DNA of 64,000 bases from Clostridia bacterium (lineage in GTDB: Bacteria > Bacillota > Clostridia > Christensenellales > QALW01). Made by a program: the position numbers and the translations under genes. Of this stretch, positions 20,167 to 29,755 are shown in pieces. A model generated the notes under the pieces. The model saw nothing but the letters and a program-made list of their open reading frames with translations. It was not told the DNA's origin and searched no databases. How positions within the stretch are numbered: the first letter of the stretch is position 1; the number at the start of each line of letters is the position of its first letter. The DNA lies in NCBI GenBank assembly GCA_900769815.1, contig CAAGID010000018.1, positions 23,080-87,079 on the forward strand. The letters run 5' to 3'.

Positions 20167-20616
20167 ATGAAATCAATAAGACATAGTAAAATTCTTGACA
20201 TAATTTCTAAAAAAGAGATTGAAACCCAGGAAGAGCTGGTTAATGAGCTTATTCTTGCCGGATTCAAGGTTACTCAGGCTACGGTATCTAGAGATATAAA
20301 GGATTTGCGTTTGACAAAAATTCCTGATGACCGTGGTGGATATAAATATACTTCTGTTGATAAGGCCGATATGGGAATTACACCCAAAATGAAACAATTA
20401 TTTGTAAATACTGTTTTATCGATTACTTCAGCAAATAACATTGTGGTTGTAAAAACGTTAGCAGGTTCTGCCAGCACTATCGGTGTCGTTGTAGATGCAT
20501 TAAAACATCCGGCGATTCTTGGAAGTGTTGCAGGCGATGATACGATGATTATTGTTGTTGCATCCAACGAACAGGTTGCAGATGTTGTTTCAAAATTAAA
20601 TTTTATGTTACAATAA
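20167..20616 (+). CDS. argR: arginine repressor
   Basis: It has a winged-helix N-terminus (TQATVSRDIKDLRL) and the C-terminal GDDT motif. It sits upstream of recN. Confidence 0.9.
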   Translation: MKSIRHSKILDIISKKEIETQEELVNELILAGFKVTQATVSRDIKDLRLTKIPDDRGGYKYTSVDKADMGITPKMKQLFVNTVLSITSANNIVVVKTLAGSASTIGVVVDALKHPAILGSVAGDDTMIIVVASNEQVADVVSKLNFMLQ

Positions 20617-20628
20617 TGAGGTATAAAT

Positions 20629-22305
20629 ATGCTTCAACAGCTTTATATTAAAAATATAGCGCTTATAGAAGAACTTAATCTTGAACTTGGCGAAGGCTTT
20701 AATGTTTTATCGGGAGAAACGGGTGCGGGTAAATCGATAATAATTGATTCACTTAATCTTGTTTTAGGCGAACGTGCGGATAAAGAGCTTGTACGCACAG
20801 GAACACAAAAAGCACGTATTGAAGGTATCTTTAATATAGACAATAATGTTGCGGTACACGAAATTCTTAAAGAGAGCGATATTGATTTTGAGGATGGAAT
20901 TTTAATTATTGCCAGAGAACTTTCTCTTGATGGCAAAAGTGTATGCAGGGTAAACGGTAATGCTGTTACGTTGAGCTTGTTGAAAAAAATTGCCGATAAA
21001 CTTGCGGATATACACGGTCAGCACGAGCATCAATTATTACTTAATAAGGATACACATCTTGATTTCCTTGATAGCTTTGGCAGAGATGAAATTTTTACCC
21101 AAAAAGAAAACGTGAGGATTGCATATACTTATTATAAATCCTGTCTTGATAAGCTTAATGGTGATTGGGGAACTCAGGAAGAAAGAAATGATAGAATTCA
21201 GATGCTCGAGTTCCAGATTGATGAAATTGAAAAAGCACAAGTTTCAGTCGGACAGGAAGAAGAATTAAAAAACAGAGCTGAAATACTAAAAAATGCCGAT
21301 AAGATTAAAGAAGGATTTGAGGAAGCAAACAGATTTATTTCCGGAAATGCTTTGAGTGAGATACGCAGTGCTTGTAATTCTTTAAATAAAGTCATTTATG
21401 CCAATGAACAATATGAAACATTGTTTGGCCGCCTCGAAAGTGCTTTTTATGAGCTTGAGGACATTTCTGATGAAATAAATAATCAGATAAATTATATTGA
21501 AGCTGATCCTTATGAACTTGAGCGTATTGAGGATAGGCTAAATCTACTTAAAAAACTTTATCGTAAGTATGGTGTTGGTGAAGAAGCTGTATTAAAATAT
21601 TACGATGAAGCTTGTGAAGAATTAGAGAGACTTATTAATGCTGAAAAAACGATTTCAGAACTTGAAAAACAAGCTGAACGTTTTAAAACAGAATATTTCA
21701 GACAAGCGGATAAACTCAGCGAAATTCGACATGACGTTGCAATATCGTTTGAAGACAGAATTAAAAAAGAATTGTCTGACCTTGGAATGAAAAATGCAAC
21801 CCTTGAGGTTGATTTTGTTGATAGCAAAGCAATATCGCCTATAGGATATGATGAGGTTGAGTTTTTATTCTCTGCTAACACCGGTGAACCGGTAAAACCG
21901 CTATCCAAAATAATAAGTGGCGGAGAAATGAGTAGATTTATGCTTGCGATGAAAAGCGTGGCAGCAGATGACGTTATGTTACCAACGATGGTATTTGATG
22001 AAATAGATACGGGTATCAGTGGCAGCGGTGCCCAGGTAGTTGCCGAAAAAATTGCAAGTCTTTCAAAAAGACATCAGGTAATTGCAATAACCCATTTGCC
22101 TCAGCTTGCGTCTATGGCTGATAATCATTTTCTGATAAAGAAATTTTCTAATGGGGAGAGAACCCATACGGAAATTATTGCTATGGATAATGAGAAACGT
22201 AAAAAAGAAATTGCACGTCTTGCCGGCGGTGTGGAAACTGAGCTTGCAATTAAGCGTGCGGAGGAAATACTTAAACAAGCAAATGAATTTAAAAATAGTA
22301 TTTAA
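20629..22305 (+). CDS. recN: DNA repair protein RecN
   Basis: It has Walker A GETGAGKSII, a long coiled-coil centre, and the SMC-type signature SGGEMSR with Walker B FDEID. Confidence 0.95.
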   Translation: MLQQLYIKNIALIEELNLELGEGFNVLSGETGAGKSIIIDSLNLVLGERADKELVRTGTQKARIEGIFNIDNNVAVHEILKESDIDFEDGILIIARELSLDGKSVCRVNGNAVTLSLLKKIADKLADIHGQHEHQLLLNKDTHLDFLDSFGRDEIFTQKENVRIAYTYYKSCLDKLNGDWGTQEERNDRIQMLEFQIDEIEKAQVSVGQEEELKNRAEILKNADKIKEGFEEANRFISGNALSEIRSACNSLNKVIYANEQYETLFGRLESAFYELEDISDEINNQINYIEADPYELERIEDRLNLLKKLYRKYGVGEEAVLKYYDEACEELERLINAEKTISELEKQAERFKTEYFRQADKLSEIRHDVAISFEDRIKKELSDLGMKNATLEVDFVDSKAISPIGYDEVEFLFSANTGEPVKPLSKIISGGEMSRFMLAMKSVAADDVMLPTMVFDEIDTGISGSGAQVVAEKIASLSKRHQVIAITHLPQLASMADNHFLIKKFSNGERTHTEIIAMDNEKRKKEIARLAGGVETELAIKRAEEILKQANEFKNSI

Positions 22306-22335
22306 AGAATCTGTATTTTGCAGATTCTTTTTTTA
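22304..22335 (+). terminator. rho-independent terminator after recN
   Basis: The stem aaagaatctg (22304-22313) pairs with cagattcttt (22321-22330) and is followed by a T-run. Confidence 0.75.
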
Positions 22336-22454
22336 TATAAAAATTTTTATTGAGAATAATAATTTATAATATTAAAAAATGCATATTCCAAAAATATATA
22401 CGTTTTTTTTAAAATTAAAAACAAAAAATAATTAAGCTTGAAAGGAGGATAAAT

Positions 22455-23534
22455 ATGAAAATAAAAAGAGTTATAACTTCTGCATTGATTTTTGTTGTTG
22501 CGCTTTTTTCACAAACTTCTTTCGCGGAGAGTTTGTTCAACAATGAAATTGAAATTTACAGAAATGAAATAGCGGTAAATGCCGATTTTAATTTGAAAAA
22601 TATTAAAATCAAAGAAGATAAATACGTTTATCTTGGCGGACAAACTGTTGGAATTGCTTTTTATACCGACGGCATATATGTTACGGATACCGTTGCAATA
22701 GAGGATGCAGATTCAAAATATCATAATACTGCAAATGATGCAGGAATAAAAAAAGGAGATTATATTTTGTCGGCAAATGGTATTCCCTTGACAGATATAT
22801 CTAATCTTGATGCAATTCTTAAATCTTCAAAAGGCGAAAAGATAAAATTAAAAGTAAAGCGTGATAATAAAACTTTTGAAACAGAAATTTTACCAATAAA
22901 AAATAAAGAAGATCAATATAGGTTGGGTTTGTGGATGCGAGACAGTGCCGCAGGACTGGGCACTATAACTTACATTGATCCTGATAATAATACATTTGGA
23001 GCATTGGGGCACGCTGTTTGTGATAATGAAACAGGGAAATCTCTTTCTGTAGGCAATGGTAGAATTGTTGAATGTGATATAACGGGAGTTATAAAAGGAA
23101 ATAAAGGTAATGCGGGGGAATTGAAAGGCTCATTTGGTATAAATGCCCGTCAGATAGGCGAGATTTCTGAAAATACTAAGTTTGGTTTAGTTGGAAAAAT
23201 TTATTCTTTAAATAATAAGGAGCTTATTAAGCTTGGCTCAAAGTATTCAGTAAAAGAGGGAGACGCACATATTTGTTCTGATTTTGAAAATGGTCAAATG
23301 AAAAAATATTCTATAAAAATATTACACGTGAACAATCAAACGTATCCTTCAGAAAAAAGTATGATTATACAGATTACCGATAAGTCACTTATAGAAAAAA
23401 CAGGTGGGATTGTTCAGGGACTGAGTGGCTCTCCTATTATTCAGGACGGAAGATTGATAGGTGCGGTTACCCACGTAATGATTAATGAGCCTACAAAAGG
23501 ATATGGGATTTTTATTGAAAATATGATAAGCTAA
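22455..23534 (+). CDS. spoIVB: SpoIVB peptidase (S55)
   Basis: It has a signal peptide, a PDZ-like segment (GIKKGDYILSANG) and the catalytic Ser context GLSGSPIIQDGRLIGAVTHV. Confidence 0.9.
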   Translation: MKIKRVITSALIFVVALFSQTSFAESLFNNEIEIYRNEIAVNADFNLKNIKIKEDKYVYLGGQTVGIAFYTDGIYVTDTVAIEDADSKYHNTANDAGIKKGDYILSANGIPLTDISNLDAILKSSKGEKIKLKVKRDNKTFETEILPIKNKEDQYRLGLWMRDSAAGLGTITYIDPDNNTFGALGHAVCDNETGKSLSVGNGRIVECDITGVIKGNKGNAGELKGSFGINARQIGEISENTKFGLVGKIYSLNNKELIKLGSKYSVKEGDAHICSDFENGQMKKYSIKILHVNNQTYPSEKSMIIQITDKSLIEKTGGIVQGLSGSPIIQDGRLIGAVTHVMINEPTKGYGIFIENMIS

Positions 23535-23571
23535 ACAGACAAAAATAGTGTTAAAAATATAAAATAATTTC

Positions 23572-23599
23572 TTTGCAAAATATTATTTAATAATTATAA
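23572..23599 (+). promoter_or_regulatory. sigmaA-type promoter upstream of the Spo0A-C gene
   Basis: TTGCAA is followed after 16 nt by TATAAT. Confidence 0.4.
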
Positions 23600-23618
23600 T
23601 GTTATTAGGTGATATTTA

Positions 23619-23948
23619 ATGTATTTAAATAGAATTTCAGAACAACTTGACCTGATAGGAATGAGCAGAAAATTGAAGGGATATTATTTTATCCGAGCTT
23701 CAATAAGTGATATTATAAGATATGATTTTTTTGTTGAAACCAATTTGATTTATCGCAATGTAGCTGAAATTTATTTAACAAATTCAAAAAATGTTGAACG
23801 TAATATCCGATATGCCATTGAAAAAACTTGGGAAAAGGGAAGTGCTGAAAATATATATAAATTATTTGGATACACTGTTGATGCAGAAAAAGGAAAGCCT
23901 ACTAACAAAGAATTCCTTTGCTTGATTGCTGATAAAATAAAGAATTAA
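23619..23948 (+). CDS. Spo0A C-terminal (DNA-binding effector) domain protein lacking a receiver domain
   Basis: The 109 aa product is collinear with the Spo0A effector domain: KLKGYYFIRASI, NVERNIRYAIEKTWEKG, LFGYTVDAEKGKPTNKEFLCLIADKI. Only 84 nt separate it from the spoIVB stop. Confidence 0.85.
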   Translation: MYLNRISEQLDLIGMSRKLKGYYFIRASISDIIRYDFFVETNLIYRNVAEIYLTNSKNVERNIRYAIEKTWEKGSAENIYKLFGYTVDAEKGKPTNKEFLCLIADKIKN

Positions 23949-24014
23949 GAATATGTACAAGCGCAAAAAGAATATCATTTTATTGATTTTATTCAATGAG
24001 AGGATGTTCTTTTT

Positions 24015-24605
24015 TTGTTTAAAAACCAAAAAGAAAAAATTGTTTTTATTATATTGTTATTTGTATCTGTTGTTGGTGTTTCTTCAGGAATAAATTATCA
24101 ACATTCATTAGGGAATGATACGTTAAGTGTTGCTAAAAAAACATTTGAATTCGGTATGTATTATTTTTTTGCAGGAGAAAAATTTATAAAGATTTTTTTG
24201 TCTGTAGTATTCTCGTTTATTAGGCACTTTCTGATTTTTTCTGTTGGCGGAATTTTATGGATCACGTATCCATTTATACCTATAAATTTGTTTTGTGTCG
24301 GTTTTAAAATGGGGGTAGCGGTATCCTTTGTTGTTTCGATTTTAAAGATTAACGGATTTGCAAGTATAATTTTCCTCTGCATATATGCTTTTTTTATTAT
24401 TTTTGCTAGTACATATTATTGTTTTATTTTATCGGTTAAAAAAATGAATTCTTTTAAACAAAAAGGAATAACTACTATGGATTTAAAGTTTTTTACAAGG
24501 GCATTTTTGTTTAATGCTTTATTATCATTTGGTTTAGGAATTTTCTTGCTTTTATTTAAAAACTTGAATTTAGGTCTATTCGGTATTTTTAAAACATTCT
24601 TGTAA
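24015..24605 (+). CDS. polytopic membrane protein, possibly stage II sporulation protein M-like
   Basis: It uses a TTG start and has about 5 TM. The central segment FLIFSVGGILWITYPFIPINLFCVGFKMGVAVSFVV resembles the SpoIIM core as I recall it. Confidence 0.4.
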   Translation: MFKNQKEKIVFIILLFVSVVGVSSGINYQHSLGNDTLSVAKKTFEFGMYYFFAGEKFIKIFLSVVFSFIRHFLIFSVGGILWITYPFIPINLFCVGFKMGVAVSFVVSILKINGFASIIFLCIYAFFIIFASTYYCFILSVKKMNSFKQKGITTMDLKFFTRAFLFNALLSFGLGIFLLLFKNLNLGLFGIFKTFL

Positions 24606-24664
24606 AATTTACAATAATATATTCTTCTTTTTGTGAAAAAATAAAAGATGAAAGGAGGAATATT

Positions 24665-25807
24665 ATGAAAAGATTTTTTGTAATGCTTGTTGTTGTAAGT
24701 TTGTTGATTTTACCGATAACGTCATTTGCCAAAAACGATGTTATAACGATAAATTCAAAAGCGGCAATTCTTATTGATGCTTCAAGCGGAAAGATATTAT
24801 ATGAAAAAAATGCTGATCAACAGTTAGCTATTGCGAGTATCACAAAGGTGATGACCTTAAATCTTATATTTGATGCAGTTGAGAACGGAAAACTTGATTT
24901 AAATGAAAAAATAATGATAAGTCAGAATGCATCAGGAATGGGCGGTTCGCAAGCATTTATTGATGCAGGATATAACTATACAGCCTCGGAACTGATAAAA
25001 TCAATTATAATTGCATCAGCAAACGATTCGGCAGTAGCTATGGCTGAGCGTGTTGCAGGCAGTGAGGAAGCTTTTGTTCACAAAATGAATGAAAAGGCAA
25101 AAGCGTTGGGAATGAATAATACAGTTTTCAAAAATTGTACGGGACTTCCTGAAAGTGGACATCTTTCTTCGGCTCGAGACGTTGCGAAAATGTCACAGGA
25201 ATTATTAAAACACAAGGATTATTTTACTTGGGCAACCATATGGATGGATGAAATCAATCATGAAAAAGACGGCAGAGTAACAGAACTTGTTAATACTAAT
25301 AAGTTGATTAGGTCTTTAAATGGTTGTAACGGCTTAAAAACAGGCTATACAAGCGAAGCAGGTTTTTGTGTTACTACCACGGCTGAAAGAGATGGTATGC
25401 GTCTTATATCTGTTATATTAGGCGGAAACACAAGCAAAGAACGATTTAAAGAATCAGCAGAACTAATAAATTACGGTTTTGCAAATTATTCAAATCAGAT
25501 TGTCTTAAGTGCCGGCGAAGAATTAGGAAAAGTAGAGGTTAAAAACGGTACAGAAAAAGTTTTAAAAGCAGTAAGTATTGAAAGTTTCTCGTTAAGTATT
25601 AATAATGACGGAACAGATAAGATTGAAAAAAAGGTTATTTTACCTGAAAAAATTGATGCACCCATTAAAGCAGGACAAGAAGTAGGTAGTGTTATAATTT
25701 CTCTTAACGGGGAAGAAGTTAAACAAATCAAATTATATTCTGATAAAGATTATAATAAGGCTGGGTTTATGGATAAATTAAAAGAAATAATTGTATTTTG
25801 GAAGTAG
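24665..25807 (+). CDS. D-alanyl-D-alanine carboxypeptidase (S11, DacB/DacF-like)
   Basis: It has a signal peptide and the motifs SxxK (SITK), SxN (SAND) and KTG (KTGYT). Confidence 0.9.
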   Translation: MKRFFVMLVVVSLLILPITSFAKNDVITINSKAAILIDASSGKILYEKNADQQLAIASITKVMTLNLIFDAVENGKLDLNEKIMISQNASGMGGSQAFIDAGYNYTASELIKSIIIASANDSAVAMAERVAGSEEAFVHKMNEKAKALGMNNTVFKNCTGLPESGHLSSARDVAKMSQELLKHKDYFTWATIWMDEINHEKDGRVTELVNTNKLIRSLNGCNGLKTGYTSEAGFCVTTTAERDGMRLISVILGGNTSKERFKESAELINYGFANYSNQIVLSAGEELGKVEVKNGTEKVLKAVSIESFSLSINNDGTDKIEKKVILPEKIDAPIKAGQEVGSVIISLNGEEVKQIKLYSDKDYNKAGFMDKLKEIIVFWK

Positions 25808-25864
25808 CAATCATTGACTAAAATTCCATTTTGTGTTATCATAACAAATAAAGGAGAATTTGTT

Positions 25865-27181
25865 ATGAATTTACACTATGGTATGGATATAAATGAAGAA
25901 GGACATTTAACTATCAGCGGCTGTGATACTGTTTGCCTTGCAAAGCAGTATGGCACGCCGCTTTATGTGGTTGATGAAGATTTTTTACGTAAAAACTGTA
26001 AGGAATTTAAGACCGCAATGGATAAATATTTTGATGGCGGAAGGGTAATGTACGCATCAAAAGCCCTTAATACTAAAGCGATATTAAAAATAGTTGATTC
26101 TGAAGGACTTGGTATTGACGTTGTTTCCGGCGGCGAACTTTATACTGCTATTTCAGCAGGCATTTCGCCTGACAAAATAGAACTTCACGGCAACAGTAAA
26201 TCCGAAGAAGAAATCATTATGGCTGTTGAAAATCAAATATATTGCATAATTGCTGACGGCTTTGATGAATTAAATCTTATTGAAAAAGTTTGTGAGAAGC
26301 TTAACAAGAAAATTAACGTTTCAGTACGATTAAGACCTAATATTGATATTCACGCCCACGAGGCAGTTCAGACAGCCAAAATGGATTGCAAGTTTGGTTT
26401 CGGTCTCATTGATGGACAAGCTATAAAGGCTGTTGATATTATTTCAAAAAGTAAATGGATGAATTTTTACGGTATTCACTGTCATATTGGTTCGCAGATT
26501 TTTGATGAACAGCCTTTTGAAGAGCTTTGCAGACATTTTGTTGATTTTGCTTGCGAGGTACGCGAAAAATTTGGCTTGACGGTTAAGCAGTTTAATTGCG
26601 GAGGGGGATATGGTGTTACATATAATGAAAAAGACACACCAAAACCATTTGAAAACTTTATAAAGCTTATTTCATTATCTTTGAAAAAACATTGTACGGA
26701 AAATAATTATCCTGTGCCTTTAGTTTCTATTGAACCCGGTAGAAGCGTTATCGGCGAAGCTGGAACAACTTTATATACAGTAAACGGTTTAAAAGAAATT
26801 CCTGATATTCGTACTTATTGTATGAGTGACGGCGGTATGTTTGAAAATATAAGAACTGCACTTTATAATGCTGAGTATACTGCATACTGTGCATCAAAAA
26901 TGAATGAAGAACATAATAAAAAAGTTTCCATTGCAGGCAAATGCTGTGAGTCAGGCGATATGATTACCTGGGATACGCCTATGCCTGAAAGTCTTTCGGT
27001 AGGAGATACTCTTGCAGTACTTACAACAGGTGCATATAACTATTCAATGGCAAGTAATTATAATAGAAATTCCGTACCTGCCATTGTACTTGTTAATAAT
27101 GGAAAATCTTGTGTTGCAGTTAAACGTCAGAGTTACGAATACATTTGCTTAAATGATGTTATTCCTGAACATTTGAAATAA
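25865..27181 (+). CDS. lysA: diaminopimelate decarboxylase
   Basis: The ATG at 25865 follows an aaggag RBS. Motifs are YASKAL (PLP-binding Lys), EPGRS and CESGD. Confidence 0.9.
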   Translation: MNLHYGMDINEEGHLTISGCDTVCLAKQYGTPLYVVDEDFLRKNCKEFKTAMDKYFDGGRVMYASKALNTKAILKIVDSEGLGIDVVSGGELYTAISAGISPDKIELHGNSKSEEEIIMAVENQIYCIIADGFDELNLIEKVCEKLNKKINVSVRLRPNIDIHAHEAVQTAKMDCKFGFGLIDGQAIKAVDIISKSKWMNFYGIHCHIGSQIFDEQPFEELCRHFVDFACEVREKFGLTVKQFNCGGGYGVTYNEKDTPKPFENFIKLISLSLKKHCTENNYPVPLVSIEPGRSVIGEAGTTLYTVNGLKEIPDIRTYCMSDGGMFENIRTALYNAEYTAYCASKMNEEHNKKVSIAGKCCESGDMITWDTPMPESLSVGDTLAVLTTGAYNYSMASNYNRNSVPAIVLVNNGKSCVAVKRQSYEYICLNDVIPEHLK

Positions 27182-27196
27182 TTTGGAGAGAAATTT

Positions 27197-27901
27197 ATGT
27201 TATTAGATATTCTTTTTTCGAATAATATTTTATTATCCCTACTTTCTTTAATTATAGTTTTTCCTGCGCTTTTATTTTCGTTGTCTGCCCACGAGTATGC
27301 ACACGGCTTTGCCGCATATAAGCAAGGCGACGGTTTTGCAAAAAGCACAGGAAGGCTTACTTTAAATCCTTTAGCTCATATTGACCCTGTAGGTTCACTT
27401 ATGATGCTTCTTGTGGGCTTTGGCTGGGCTAAGCCGGTACCGATAGTTCCGTCTAACTTCAGAAACGGAAGAAAAAGTATGCTTATCGTTTCCTTTGCAG
27501 GTGTGTTTGCAAACCTTGTTCTTGCAACTGTTTCTATGTTTTTGCTTTATTTTCTTCAAGTTATTGTTTTTTCGCAAGTTAACTTTTTCTATACGGAATT
27601 AGGATTAAAAATCGGGATAGTTATTTATGATATTCTTTATTACTTGATTATCGTCAATCTAAACCTTGCGGTATTTAACCTTATTCCTATTCCACCTCTT
27701 GATGGATATAAAATTTTTAAAGAATTTTTTATTGGAAAAGTTAGTTATAATTTCTTTATCAATATGGAACGCTATGCAACAATTATACTTCTTGTTTTTC
27801 TTGTTGTAAGTAATAGAGTGGGCATTATAGAAGCTGTTTCCGGATTTTTATTTTCTTTAATGAGTAAAGTAATGGACCTTATATTTATAGCATTTATTTA
27901 G
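27197..27901 (+). CDS. site-2 protease family (M50) membrane metalloprotease
   Basis: It has the HExxH motif (HEYAHG) within a TM segment, plus NLIPIPPLDG. Confidence 0.85.
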   Translation: MLLDILFSNNILLSLLSLIIVFPALLFSLSAHEYAHGFAAYKQGDGFAKSTGRLTLNPLAHIDPVGSLMMLLVGFGWAKPVPIVPSNFRNGRKSMLIVSFAGVFANLVLATVSMFLLYFLQVIVFSQVNFFYTELGLKIGIVIYDILYYLIIVNLNLAVFNLIPIPPLDGYKIFKEFFIGKVSYNFFINMERYATIILLVFLVVSNRVGIIEAVSGFLFSLMSKVMDLIFIAFI

Positions 27902-27908
27902 GTGAAAA

Positions 27909-28670
27909 ATGGAACTTCAGTTAAAATTAAACCAATTTGAAGGCCCTCTTGATTTATTACTTCATTTGTTGGATAAAGATAAAATTGATATTAAAGATAT
28001 TTTTGTTTCTGATATAACTGAGCAGTATCTTGCTTACATTTCCGATATCAATGAATTTGATATGGAAAACGCCAGCGAGTTTTTAACTGTTGCGGCACAT
28101 TTGCTTGAGATAAAATCACGTTCGTTGTTGCCTAAGCCTGCACCGTTAGAAGAAGGGGAGGAAGACCCTGAACAAGCACTTATTAGAAGGCTTACTGAGT
28201 ATAAGATGTATAAAGAAGCAGGGGAGAAACTTCACGATTTAGAGGAAGAAAATCTTAAAGTTTACTATAAACTTCCTGAAGAAATAAATATGCAGGAACG
28301 TATTGAACTTGAAGATATGAAGCTTGATGCTCTTATGGCAGCATTTGGTGAAGTTTTAAAGCGTTTTGAGAATAAGAGTGTAAAGAAACAACGTGAAATT
28401 AAGCGTGATGCCTATACAGTAAAAGGTAAAATGTCTTTTATCAGACGTAAACTGTCTTCCCAAAAAGAAATGTCATTTTTTGATATGTTTGAAGATGACG
28501 GTAATAAAAGTGAAGTTGTTACAACCTTTGCTGCAATGCTTGAACTCTGGAAAAACAGATTTCTTAAACTTGAACAAAAGGAAAATTTTGGAGATATAAC
28601 TGTAAGGCTTAATCTTGAAGTAAATGATAAGCCAATAGTAACGGAGGGTGAATTCAGTGAATTTGAATGA
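27909..28670 (+). CDS. scpA: segregation and condensation protein A
   Basis: The N-terminus FEGPLDLLLHLL is characteristic, and scpB follows. Confidence 0.9.
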   Translation: MELQLKLNQFEGPLDLLLHLLDKDKIDIKDIFVSDITEQYLAYISDINEFDMENASEFLTVAAHLLEIKSRSLLPKPAPLEEGEEDPEQALIRRLTEYKMYKEAGEKLHDLEEENLKVYYKLPEEINMQERIELEDMKLDALMAAFGEVLKRFENKSVKKQREIKRDAYTVKGKMSFIRRKLSSQKEMSFFDMFEDDGNKSEVVTTFAAMLELWKNRFLKLEQKENFGDITVRLNLEVNDKPIVTEGEFSEFE

Positions 28671-29289
28671 GCTTGCTTCAGTTATAGAGACGCTTATGTT
28701 TATCGTAGGCGAGCCTTTAGATACTGAAGACGTAAAAAAAGTTACCGGTGCAACTGAAATGGAATTCTGGCAGGCACTTGAACTTCTTGAAAATAAATAC
28801 GGAAAAGAAAGCGGTATAAACTTAAAAAAATTCGGAACCAAAATTCAGTTGTGCACAAACCCCATAAATGCACCGTACGTTGAAGATTTATTAAATCCAA
28901 TACAAAAGAAATCTTTATCGCAGGCTGCTCTTGAGGTACTTTCCATAATTGCATACCGTCAGCCCGTTACGAGAGGCGAAATCGAGCAGATCCGCGGTGT
29001 TAAATGTGATTATTCCGTTATGAGTCTTAAACAAAAAGGGCTTATTGAAGAAATAGGTCATAAGGATACAATAGGCCGTCCCGTTTTATTCGGTACGACC
29101 GACTTGTTTCTTCGTCATTTCGGGTTAACTTCTCTTGATGAACTTCCCGAACAGGAAAATCTTGAACTTCTTGAAAATAGTGAATTTGACGGGGAAGAGG
29201 CTGAACAGTTAATAATTCCCCTTCTTGAGGAAAAAAGACACGATAATGACGAAAAAAACAGTTTACAAGAAGAAGAAACTGTGTTATAA
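28648..29289 (+). CDS. scpB: segregation and condensation protein B
   Basis: It contains ALEVLSIIAYRQPVTRGEIEQIRGV and has an acidic tail. Confidence 0.9.
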   Translation: MNSVNLNELASVIETLMFIVGEPLDTEDVKKVTGATEMEFWQALELLENKYGKESGINLKKFGTKIQLCTNPINAPYVEDLLNPIQKKSLSQAALEVLSIIAYRQPVTRGEIEQIRGVKCDYSVMSLKQKGLIEEIGHKDTIGRPVLFGTTDLFLRHFGLTSLDELPEQENLELLENSEFDGEEAEQLIIPLLEEKRHDNDEKNSLQEEETVL

Positions 29290-29387
29290 TCTTCGCATAT
29301 GTGGAACTTTGCTCTCGGTTTACACGCATCTCCGGCGGTTTACTGTGAGTAATAGCGTTTACATAAATAAATTAGGAGGAAAGTATA

Positions 29388-29651
29388 ATGGATAAAGCAG
29401 TAAAGTCTGAAGTTATTGCAGCTAATAAGTTGCACGATACTGACACAGGTTCTCCTGAAGTTCAGATCGCTCTTTTGACTGAGCGTATCAACCACCTTAA
29501 TGAGCATCTTAAGACTCATGCAAAGGATCACCACAGCCGTCGCGGTCTTTTAACAATGGTTGGTCAGCGTAGAGGTCTTCTTGCTTATCTTAAGGATAAG
29601 GATATCGAAAGATACAGAGCTATCATTAAGAAGCTTGGCTTAAGAAAGTAA
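29388..29651 (+). CDS. rpsO: 30S ribosomal protein S15
   Basis: It contains [33 protein letters not shown]. Confidence 0.97.
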   Translation: MDKAVKSEVIAANKLHDTDTGSPEVQIALLTERINHLNEHLKTHAKDHHSRRGLLTMVGQRRGLLAYLKDKDIERYRAIIKKLGLRK

Positions 29652-29657
29652 TCATTG

Positions 29658-29690
29658 AAAAGCGGATGTTTTTTAATATCCGCTTTTTCT
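29658..29690 (+). terminator. rpsO-pnp intergenic hairpin/terminator
   Basis: The stem aagcggat (29660-29667) pairs with atccgctt (29678-29685) and is followed by a T-run. Confidence 0.75.
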
Positions 29691-29755
29691 CAATTTTGTT
29701 TATTTCACAATTTTTGTGTTTATTATATTGTTATTTTATTTTAAGGAGTATATAT

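Noticed and set aside
22336-22454. Search for a forespore (sigmaF/sigmaG) promoter upstream of spoIVB.
   Set aside because: The region is about 85% A+T and several weak matches are possible. None is convincing by eye.
29666-29755. N-terminal extension of the pnp ORF (MFFNIRFFSILF...).
   Set aside because: The extension spans the rpsO terminator hairpin and T-run. The conserved PNPase N-terminus starts at the ATG at 29756.
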